Positions 26,556-37,491 of a stretch of 64,000 bases of DNA are shown one piece after another (the first letter of the stretch is position 1; the number at the start of each line of letters is the position of its first letter). Source of the DNA: Eledone cirrhosa. Lineage: Eukaryota. The translations under genes were made by a program, and so were the position numbers. The stretch is from contig OZ024741.1 of NCBI GenBank assembly GCA_964016885.1, positions 239,878,001 to 239,942,000 on the forward strand, given 5' to 3'. The notes under the pieces are model-generated. The model worked only from the letters and a program-made list of their open reading frames with translations. It was not told the DNA's origin and searched no databases.

Positions 26556-29500
26556 CATCATCATCATCGTTTAACGTCCATCTTCCACGCTAGCATGGGT
26601 CTGGATGGGAATTGTCCCACTTGAGGCAAGATTGGTTGTCTTGCTCAAAACTGTCTGGCGGGTTGTCTACGGCTGGATGCCCTTCCTAACATCAACCACG
26701 TTTACAGTGTGGACTGGGAGGTTTTTACCGTGTTACCTACACGGCCACATTACAGCGTGGACCGTGTGTTTTTTTTGTTGTGATACCTACACGACCTCAT
26801 TTATTTAGAACTGGATGTTGTGGTACCAACATAGCTTTACATTGAAAGGGGTGGTGTAGATGGTGGTGGGGTAGGGGTAGTGGGACGGGGGTGTATTTTG
26901 GTTAAGAGGTACCTACTGACTGTAGGTTTCGCTTTGTACTTAGGCAAGGCAGGTCTTCTGTATTACTGCGTAGCGCCAAAGATCTCGGTCCAGTGACATT
27001 GTCTTGGAGAGGTGTAAGTGTGTGAGGTCGGAATTTATCAAGTCATCCCAGGTTTTTCTGGGTCTGCCTACTCCGTAGCTACTGTCTATTTTGATCGCCC
27101 TGCACTTTGTTATACAGCTGTCGTCTTTCATGCGCATCACGTGGCCATACCAACGTAGTCTTCTCTCGAGTAAACAGCATCTGATCCCTCTTATTCCTAA
27201 TTTCTCCCTTAGTTCATTTATGCTTTGCCGTTCAAGTATATTACTATTACACATCCAACGGAGCATGCAAGCTTCGTTCCTCTCAAGTGTGCGTATATCC
27301 TCAGCACACAAGGCCCATGTCTGACTGCCATGTAACATCGCTGTTCGTATGCAGGCATCATACAGCCTGCCTTTCATTTTTAGAGAGAAACCTTTAGACG
27401 CCAATAGTGGTATAAGCTCGCTGAACTTTTTCCATCCCGTTCTGACTCTAGCTACAGTACTTTCGGAGCACCCTCCACCACTGCTGATTTTGTCACCCAG
27501 GTAACGGAAGGTGTCCACTATTTCTATAGAACCATCTTGGCAATGGAATGAGCTAGTATCCTGTGGGCATGTGCTGCTACTTAATGCACCTGAGCACCGG
27601 CCACATATAAAATCTATATTCTTAGTTAGCTTACCTGTGATCCCACTACATCTTTTATGCACCCATACTTTGCATTTGGGACATAAAATGGAGTTTCTGC
27701 CTACTCCTTTCCTACACACTGAGCATGGCCACTTCCCAGATGGGACCAGTGCTCTATTTTCCTTCCTACATATTAGAACTTTAGTCTTAGGCAAGTTAAT
27801 TTTAAGGCCTTTTGATTCTAGGCCATGCTTCCATGTTTGGAATTTCTTCTCTAGTTCAACTATTGATTCAGCTATGAGCGTTAGATCATCTGTGTATAGA
27901 AGTTCACATGGGCAGCCGGTCTTGAACTCCTCTGTTATAGCCTGGAGAGCGATAATAAATAGGAGCCCTGATGAACAACTTTTATGCTAAAGTCTTCACT
28001 ATATTCGTTGTTAATTCTAACTTTGCTGACTGTTTCATTATACATGGCTTCTATAGCTCTCACAAGCCATTCATCAACACCTAGTTTTCTGAGAGCCCAC
28101 CAGATAATGGAACGGGGGACTCTGTCAAAGGCTTTCTCCAAGTCAACGAAAGCTAAGTATAGGGGTTTACTTTTAGCTAGGTACTTCTCCTGTAGTTGTC
28201 GTACAATGAAAAGAGCATCTGTGGTACTGTTACCTGACACAAACCCGAACTGCATTTCATCTAGATCAATTCATTCTCTGATTAGTTGCGCTATTACTTT
28301 TTCTGTGACCTTCATGACCTGGTCGATTAATTTAATGCCTCTATAGTTTCCCCTATCTAGGGCATCTCCTTTACCCTTGTAGCAGTTAATGATGATGCTG
28401 CTACGCCAGTCCTTTGGTACAACCCCATTCTGTGACTTGGTTTACTATTCAGCATTTCAGCAACTATTTCCGAAGGCCCAGCTGCCTTGCCTGTCTTCAT
28501 ATCTTTGATTGCCTTACTTATTATACTACCTTCAACTTGCACTGCTGGTCCCTCTATTGGATCGATGTGGAGGAGACTGTCTTTCTCCCATTTATTCTCA
28601 TTTAGTAGCCTTTCGAAGTGACACTTCCAATCTACCTTCTTATCAGCGTCAGTGATCGCAAGTACACCATCACCATTACGGACACACTTCTCTCCGACAA
28701 TATCACGGTTTTCCTTGACACATTGCCTAGCAATCCTGAACACCTCACGTTTTTGGTCCTCGCGTTGTAGAACATGCTTGAACTTTCTTTCCTCTGCTTC
28801 CCTTCTTGCGAAGTACACTTCTCTCTTAGCTTCCCTCCTGGCCACTTGATAGTCTTCTCTTCTTCCCGCAATACTTTCCAAGCCTGCTTTTTGGCCTTGA
28901 TCGACTCCTCCACCTTACTGTTCCACCACCAAGTTACTCTCCTCCTGCCTATAGGTCTGCTCCAGCCACAGATTTCATCTGTCGCCTTCAGCAGGTTAGC
29001 TTTCAGGAATTCCCACTGTTCCTCTATATTGTACGACTCTAATTGCTCTTCCTTACTGTCAAAAGCATCAAGTAATATGCTTTTAAATTTATTACTGGCT
29101 GTGGGGTCCGTTAACTTCCATATTTTTCTCCTAAGGATAGTCCTCCTCTGTTGTCGAGTACGTCTCGTCCTGACTATGAGGTCGCTAACTGTGAGGCTAT
29201 GTTGTGAGGTGCATTCTTCATGGGGGAGGGATTTAGTGTTTACAACAGACACTCTGTCACGTCTTCTGGTAAGGATATAATCTATTTGACTGGCGTGTTC
29301 CCCTGATCTATAGGTGATCAAGTGATTGTCTCGTTTTTTAAAGTTTGTGTTACAGATCATCATCATCGTCATCTTCGTTTAATGTCCATTTTCCATGCTA
29401 GCATGGGTTAGACGGGAGTTGTCCCACTTGAGGCAAGGTTGGTTGGGTGACCGTGTCTTGCTCATATAGGACTATCTGGCAGGTTTTCTACGGCTGGATG

Positions 29501-31500
29501 CCCTTCCTAACACCAACCACATTTAAGTGTGGAACTGGGAACTTTTACCGTGTTACCTACATGGCCACATTACAGTGTGGACTGTGTTTTTTTTTCTCGT
29601 GTCACCTACACGATCTCGATCTCATTATCTCATTTATTTGGACTGGATGTTGTGGTACCAACTTTACAGAGAGAGGGTCGTGTTGGCGGGAGTGGGAGGA
29701 TAGGGTAGGGGCAGTGGATTGGGGTGTATATTTGGTTAAGAGGTGCCTACTGACTGTAGGTTTCGCTTTGTACATAGGCAAGGCGGGTCTTCTGTATTAC
29801 TGCATAGCGCCAAAGATCTCAGTCCAGAGACATTGTCTTGGAGAGGTGTAAGTGTGTAAGGTCGGAATTTATCAAATCATCCCAGGTTTTTCTGGATCTA
29901 TCTACTCCGTAACTACCATTAATTTTGATCGCCCTGCACTTTTTTATACAGCTGTCGTCTTTCATGCACATCACGTGGCCATACCAACGTAGTCTTCTCT
30001 CAAGTAAACAGCATCTGATCCCTCTTATTCCTAATTTCTCACTTAGTTCATTTATGCTTTGCCGTTCACGTATATTACTATTATACATCCAACGGAGCAT
30101 GCATGCTTCATTCCTTTCCAGTCTATGCAGGTCCTCTGCACGTGTTGCCCATGTCTCACTGCCATGTAGCATTGCTGTTCGTATACAAGAATCATACAAT
30201 CTGTCTTTCATTTTTGAGTTAGGTTATTTGCGTCTCAGAATTCCAGGATTCTGGAGTCTCCCTCATTTCTAGTACCAAACCCATAGCCTCCATGGATTCC
30301 ATCATAGCCGTCACAGTGTTGTCCAACGTGACCATTTAGGTCGCCAGCAATAATTATATAGTCAGTGTTGGTTAGTTGGGAGGTAATGAGCATTAACGAC
30401 TCATAGAATTTGTCTTTTATAATGCCAGGCAGTCCGGATTGGGGTGCATACGCAGATATTATTGTCACAGTAGTTCTATTGAGGACAAGTCTTATTTTAA
30501 TTATTCTGTCGTTCACTCAATTTACGTCTATTATCTTATCTACCCATTTTTCTGCTAGCATGATTCCTACTCCACCCAGCCCATTGTCATTTCCCACCCA
30601 GAAAAGCTTATAGTATCGTTTTTTACCCACCCCTCCACCTGGTCTCTTGAATACAGCAAACATCAACCTCCTTACGTTCAAGCATCTCTACAACCTCATT
30701 AGAGTGACCTTTTAAGGTGCCTACATTCATGGTACCAACTCTGAAGTTTTGGATTGCCTTTGGTGGGTGGGAAGGATGGGGCGCAGGGAGGGGTGAGGGA
30801 GATGGGGTTATGTTAGCCATCCGCGGCCGAAATAAAGAGGAGTCCTTGCATTGTCGTCTGGCAGCATGAGGTGAATTTGTCTTTATCTTTGGCATTGTCA
30901 CTGAGTGCCCAGATTTTTCAGACTATTCAGAATTCCGTAGTCCATCCATCATATCGAAAGGCAACCAGGTCTAAACTTAAGAAGTGATAATATAGGCCGC
31001 TAGATTATGATTGGTCCAAATAATAATGGTGGCGAGTGGGGGCGGGGCGGAGGGTTCTGGGGTAGTTAGCGAGAAGGTTATAAAATAAAATCCTCGAAAT
31101 TTGGCCATAATCGAACGAGCATATAACTGTAATAAGAGAAGAATTATGGGATTTTAAAATACAAGAAGATTATTTTGAACGATCAGACAGAATTGCCGAA
31201 TAGCATTGAAAAAGAAAAGATTGGATTCTGGACGATATGATACAGATAGATAAATGGACTGGGGAACATGGAGAGACGAGAAAAATAGGATTTGTACATT
31301 ACATTACACAGAAGAGCGAGCGAGCGAGCGATGTAGCCAAGAATAAAGGGTCGACAAATTCTGAGTTTCGTACCCCGCAACAAGTTTATTTTATATTTGA
31401 AGAGAGAGGGGATGGGATTGTGAGAGAGACAGCAGGTGCGTATACGATGTATGGTGGTGGTGGTGGTGGTGGTGGTGGTGGTGGGAGGGGGGGGGGGGGG
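26556..31500 (-). mobile_element. Near full-length RTE-clade LINE (APE endonuclease, RT, PHD finger), decayed; 5' edge approximate
   Basis: RVGTMNVGTLKG..CCIQETRW, ISAYAPQ, AGDLNGHVG, SQIDYIL, QFGF, AFVDLEKAFDRVP, C4HC3 finger, MLHGSQTW, RRLRWYGHV; (GAT)n tail at 26556. Confidence 0.9.
29357..30215 (-). mobile_element. 5'-truncated RTE copy nested in the endonuclease region of the same family
   Basis: Has its own (GAT)n tail and 3' UTR plus ORF 29819..30211; the host reading NNLT|ICNTNFKK is split around it. Confidence 0.85.
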
Positions 31501-31859
31501 TGAAGAATAGTAGGGAGCAGGAAGGTTATTTTATAAAATCTTAGAATTTCGAACATTATATTTAAATATTTAAAAAGTACTTGAAAATTTGTCTGATCAA
31601 ACTGTTATACATTGAATATTTAAGATTATTCTTTTATCTTTCATATTATTTATTAAAAGTTATATTTCTGAATATGTCAATGTGAAACCAAGAATGATAA
31701 TTTTGTTGCTATCTGGTATATTATGATTTTGTCTGCATTTAAAAAATGAATGGGCTAATATTTCCTAGGTATCAAATTGTAATTTTTTATTTTTCATTTC
31801 CATGTTTCCATATCAAACGCATCATAAGAACGTGATGACTGAAAGTATGTTTCTTTTTT

Positions 31860-31938
31860 CTATAAATGCTTTACGTATGTTTCTTGGCTAGGATCTTTTC
31901 CAGAGTAGAATTGTTGTAAATTTTGAAGGTACCACTTC
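31860..31938 (-). pseudogene. Protocadherin A terminal exon, frameshifted (ancestral frame ...DPSQETYVKHL*)
   Basis: atatttcag|GAAGTGGT acceptor; homologous to 42368-42447 but one A short in the run at 31896-31899; lies downstream of the exon-2 stop. Confidence 0.75.
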
Positions 31939-31960
31939 CTGAAATATATTTAAAAAAGGA

Positions 31961-34012
31961 TATCATCATCATTCTCATCGTTTAACGTCCATCTTCCACG
32001 CTTGCATGGGTTTGGACGGGGGTTTTCCCACTTGAGGCAAGATTGGTTGTCCTGCTCGTATAGAACTGTCTGGCGGGTTTTCTACGGCTGAATGCCCTTC
32101 CTAACACCAACCTCGTTTACAGTGTGGACTGGGAGGTTTTTACCTTTATCTCCTCTCCGGCACACAGCATTTGATTCTTCTTATGCCTAGTTTCTCTCTC
32201 AGTTCATTTATGCTTCGCCGTTCTCGCATATTACTATTACACATCCATCGGAGCATGCAGGCTTCATTTCTTTCCAACATGAGCGGAGGACTATAATGTA
32301 CAAGTCTTCTGCAGGCAGCACCCAAATTTCATGTAACATAGTTGTATGTACACACGCATCATACAGTCTGCCTTTCATTCTGAGGGAGAAGGATTTTGTA
32401 GCCAGCAGTGGTAGCCGCTCCCTGGACTTCCCCCACCCCGTTCTTACTGCACTTTCAGAACACCCACCACCGCTGCTAATTTGGTCACCTAAGTAGCAGA
32501 AGCTATCTACTGTTTCTACAGAGCCCTCTGAGAATTTGGTAGAGCTTGTTTCCTGTTTACTGTTCCAGTGCAACTGCCACACGTAAAGCCTACATTCTTA
32601 GCTAAACTTTCTGAGATCCCACTATATCTCTTGTGTACCCACATTTTGCATATGGGGCAGAGGATGGAATTCTACCAATGCCTCTCCTACATACTGGACA
32701 AGGCCATTTCCCTGAGTGGATCTGGGTTTTGTTTTCTCTTCTACTTACTAGGACCTTCTTTTTAGGCCTTGCTTCCATGTTTGGAATTTCTTTTCTAGTT
32801 CCACCATGGATTCAACTACGAGCGTAAGATGATCCGCGTACAGAAGTTCCCATGGGCAGTCGGTCTTAAACTCCTCTGTTATAGCCGGCAAAATGATAAT
32901 AAACAGGAGCAGGCTAAGGACAGAGCCCTGGTGGATGCCAACTTGTATGCTAAAGTCATTGTTAATCCTGACTTTGTGGACTCCTCCTCTATATATGGCT
33001 TGTACAGCCTTCACAAGCCACTCATCTACTCCTAGTTTTCTAAGAGCCCACCAAATTACGTCATGGGGCACTCTGTTGAAAGCTTTCTCTAGATCAACAA
33101 ATGTTAGGTAGAGAGGCTTACTTTTAGCTAGGTACTTTTCCTGTAACTGTCTCACAAGGAAGAGGGCACCAGTGGACTATTCCTGATGGACTGGCTGCTT
33201 TCCCAGTTTTCATATCCTTAATTGCTTTACTAACTACACTGCTGGGCCTTCAATGGGGTCTGCTTGGGGTAGAGTCTCTTTCTTCCATGCATTCTCCTCA
33301 TTCAGTAATCTTTCATAATGGCTCTTCCATGCTTCTGTCTTCTCAGCATCTGTGAGGACAAGTGCACCTTTATCATCCCAGATACACTTCTCACCGATGA
33401 CATCGCAATTTCCACTAACACACTGCCTCGCAATCTTGAACACCTCTTGTTTCTGGTCCTCATGCTGCAAAATATGCTTGAATTTTTTATCCTCCGCTTC
33501 CCTTCTAGCAAAGTGTACTTGTCAACTAGCTTCCCACCTGGTCTCTATGTAATGTACCCTGCTACCCCCATTCTTCCATTGTTTCCATGCTTGTCTCTTG
33601 GCTTTAATTGCTTCATCTACCATATTGTTCCACCACCAAGTCACTCTCCTTCTCCCTGTAGTCTTGCCCCAACCACAAATCTCGTCTGCCGCTTTTAGTA
33701 GGTTATTTTTTAGGAACTCCCAGTGCTCTTCTACATTGAATGTCACTATCTGTTCTTCTCTACTGTCATAGGCGTCAAGTAAAATATCTCTCAATTTGTT
33801 ACTGGCTGAGGGATCTTTCAGCTTCCAGGTCTTTCTTCTCCAGGTTGCTTTTTGTTTCAAAGTCCGTCTATCTCTGACAGTGAGGTCGCTGACTACTAGG
33901 CTGTGTTAGGAGGTACATTTCTTGCCCAGGAAGGCTTTCGTGTTAACAACCATCCATCTATCTCGTCTTCTGGTAAGGATAAAATCTATCAGGCTAGTAT
34001 GCTTCCCGGATC
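31961..34012 (-). mobile_element. RTE-clade LINE with internal deletions, in the last intron of PcdhA
   Basis: ORFs 33522..33860, 33234..33470, 32748..33155 and 32208..32582 match the RTE family; the same 3' end is at 31961-32145. Confidence 0.85.
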
Positions 34013-34338
34013 TATATATATATATATATAAAGTTCAAAAGACCAAAATTCAAAAAGGATTCAATAAAAGTAATATATAATATGTATAACCTTAGAACAA
34101 ATATTTATCATTTGAACAGATTAAAAGTTTAAGCATAGATTCTTTGCTTTTAACCTTTTTCTGAAGATCCCAAATAAAGTGAAAGTAAAGATTCTCTGCT
34201 TAAACTTTTAATCTGTTCAAATTATATATGCAAGCATGGAAAAGCAGGTGTAAAACCGATGATTATGATGATATATATACACAAGGAATCAACTTTGTAA
34301 TTAACCCTTAATTGTTAATTTCCATTAAAATTACTTAC

Positions 34339-34504
34339 CCAAAATTTCATGTATTTCCTTATAATCTTGTAGTTTTCCTTCCTTTAATGTATGGATGCTG
34401 CCCCTCTAAGTGGAGAGTGTTTCAGATGGGTAGTTAGAAACAAAAGTAGCATTAGCTTCTAAAGCATCATCATTAGAAGTTACTACAACTGGTTGACTGT
34501 TTTT
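34339..34504 (-). CDS. Protocadherin A tail exon 1 with in-frame TAG (KNSQPVVVTSNDDALEA...TLST*RGS...YKEIHEILG)
   Basis: ttttcaaacag| acceptor and TGG|GTAAGT donor; 166 nt, phase 0 to 1; stop at 34406-34408; clear paralog of 45406-45565. Confidence 0.85.
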
Positions 34505-34651
34505 CTGTTTGAAAATATTGTAACTAATTAATAATAAGGAAAATAAATTAGTCTAATTATAGAAAATACGTTGCACGATAAAGCTTAGATAAATATGTTT
34601 GTAAGAATAATTTTGTAGCAATTTAAATGTTTCAAGTAAAAATATTCTTAC

Positions 34652-36928
34652 CAATGAAGGTTTAGGAATGGTTCTGCTTTGGTTAGCAACAGGATTGTTA
34701 GACTGATACAACAATTGTTTCATCTCTGTTCTACCTTGGTATGCTGTAGTGTTTGTTGTAGTAGCTGTGTTATCTCTGTGTTTAATATATTTCATTATAC
34801 ACAGTGTTATAGAAACAATAGCCACTGATACTATTACTGCTGATGATACAATGATAATAACCCTTGTCATATGGACTGTATCTGAAGATTGTAAAGGTTT
34901 TTTTGTCTCATCACTAACAGCCAATACCAAAGTCACACTAGTTGTTGATGACTGAACTGGACTACCACTGTCTTTTACAACAAACTTTAGTTCATAACTT
35001 CCAGTATCATTTAGATAAACTTGTCTGGAGAATGATAAAGCACCACTGGTTGAGTTCATAGTAAACAACTGTGTATCATTTCCTTGTATGATTCCGTATG
35101 TGAGCAAAGCATTGATTCCACTGTCACCATCAAATGCTCTCAAAACTGTGATGTCACTCTTACTCTGGGGATGGTAGTTGACATTTAGGGTGTAAGGGTC
35201 AACACTAGGAAAGGTGAAATATGGAACATTGTCATTTTGATCGAAAATCTCAACAACAACATTAGCTGTATCATTCAGAGATGGACTTCCATTATCTTTG
35301 ACAAAAACTTCAAATTTATACACATCTTGTTTCTCTCTGTCTAATGACATGGTGGCTGAAATAAAGCCATAACTGGTGATCTGAAATGGTAGATTTGATT
35401 TTTCTTTATGTATCAGAGAATATATGAGTTGTCCAGCAGATCTAAGGTCAGGGTCAGTGGCACTGACAAAACCAATAGGGAAGTCTTTATCTTTGTTTTC
35501 ATAGGTCAGGAATTGGAATGTATCTTTGGTAAACTGTGGTTGTACATCATTGATATCAGTCACTTGGATAGAGAGAGTTTTAACACTTTTAAGAGGTGGT
35601 AATCCTTTATCTTGACATGAGACAGGAATGTTATAGTGTCCTTGTGTTTCTCTGTCTACTGGTTTGTTTAGAACTATTTTATATTCTTTAGATCCCATTG
35701 ACTGTAGTTTGAATGTATCATGTTTGATATCACAGCTGACCTCTCCATTTTGTCCAACATCATTGTCAGTGACTATCACATAAGCAATGAAACTACCAAC
35801 TTTAATATCTTCAGAAATGGTAGCTGTGTTGTCATTGATAGCAGAAACATAATCTATATCAATAGATGGAGGGTTGTTGTGTTGGTTTATAACATTTACC
35901 AGAACTGTTGCTATGGAACTGAGTGGAGGGTTGTCTCCTTCTCTAGCTTCTATAAACAGCTCATATACTGTCTTTTCATCCAATTTAGAATATTTAGTAA
36001 AAAATATTTCTCCAGTGTTTTTATTTAAATCAAAATATCTTTTTGATTGGCTAGAGGTTTTCGGGCTGAAATGGTAGGTAATGTTGCCATTTTCTCCAGA
36101 ATAAATGTCTGTCACTGATATAACTACAACTGGTTTCATTTTGTCATAATCTGTTCCGAGGGAAATATTATAAAGAGATTTAGTGAACAAATATTTATCA
36201 TTTACATCTTTGTCATTTAGAATATTGTCATTTACATCTTTTACAGAGATTAGAACATCCAAAGAACTCTCTTTAGGAGGAGATCCTCCATCTGTAGCTA
36301 TAACCTGGGCATTATAACTATCTCTTGCTTCCTTATCTAAGGATTTTTCTAGAACAATTCTTAATGACGATATGCCATCTGCTCTTTTAGAAACTGACAA
36401 AGAAAATGTTTCATCATGATTATTTTGAAGCTTGTATTTAATAAATGAGTTTTGGAATCCTACATCTCTATCTATGGCATTTGGTATTGATATCTTAAAA
36501 CCTTCTCCATCACTTTCTGAAAACTGAATACTAACTTTTTTAACAGGGAACTCAGGTTGATGGTCATTGATGTCTTTTATAATAACCTTTATTTTAAGTA
36601 TTTTTGTAAATGATTTTGTTTTACGCACAACTTTAATATATCTATAACATTCTTTGTTATATATACAAAGTGACTCTGCATCAAGTTTTTGAACAGTGTA
36701 TACTTTTCCTCCTTGGGTGACATTAAATAGTTGAGTAAATTTACGTTTTAGTTGATTGAATGTTATTAATTGTTGTTTGGAAGATTCAATGTTATCCAAG
36801 AGTTTTGAGTCTGCAGCAATGTCTGCTACATAAGTTCCTGGACTTCTCTCTTCTTCAACCTGATAGGTAAGGTCTATGGCATGATATTTTTGTAGGAAAA
36901 ATATTATGAAGGATAATGATAGGAACAT
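34652..36928 (-). CDS. Protocadherin A, large coding exon (signal, 6 EC, TM)
   Basis: ORF 34553..36964 with the same motifs as B. Acceptor ttttcattacag| gives exon edge 36981, ATG at 36928 (MFLSLSFIIFFL), donor TTG|GTAAGA at 34652. Confidence 0.93.
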
Positions 36929-37303
36929 CTTGCTTGCAGTTGTGATAATGATGAAAGGGGTCAATTTATCAAGAATATTACCTGTAATGAAAACAAAACA
37001 ATGTTAGACTATAACATTTTTTTCATTCTCAAGAAATATAAAAGAAAATGCAATTGTAAGCTTTAAGCTTGTTTATTTTACAGCAACTGAAAACCTCATG
37101 CTAAATTGTTGTCAACACTTTCTCAGATAAATACATTCTAGGGATTAATGAGTATGAGCATTATCTGAGCCAAATCTACCCTCAGAAATTTTGTTTAGAA
37201 ATATTGTTGTTGTATGACTTATCTAAGCTTAATTATTCTGTCACAGGGTATGTAAGAGAATAATTAAACTTAAACAAGTCATAGGTAACACAACAGTAAT
37301 AAT

Positions 37304-37491
37304 TGTTTCTACTTTAGGCACAAGGCCAGCAATTACCCAGTGCATTACTGGTACTTTATTTTATCGACCCCGTAAGGATGAAAGGCAAAGTCAACCTCGG
37401 CAGGATTCGAACTCAGATCGCAAAGGGATGCAACTATGCTGGAAAGCATGGCGTCTGACCCTCTACCGATACTGCCAATCCACCGCCTTCC
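37304..37491 (-). mobile_element. tRNA-derived SINE (Meta-domain-like core)
   Basis: B-box GAGTTCGAATCC; core GCCTTTCATCCTTACGGGGTCGATAAAAT..GTACCAG; 16-bp TSD acacaacagtaataat. Confidence 0.85.

Noticed and set aside
31454-31501. (GGT)n/poly-G G-quadruplex and Gly-rich ORF
   Set aside because: Simple repeat at the approximate RTE 5' end; no independent evidence of function.
37400-37491. tRNA gene
   Set aside because: The A/B-box head is fused to a SINE core and flanked by TSDs; no full cloverleaf.
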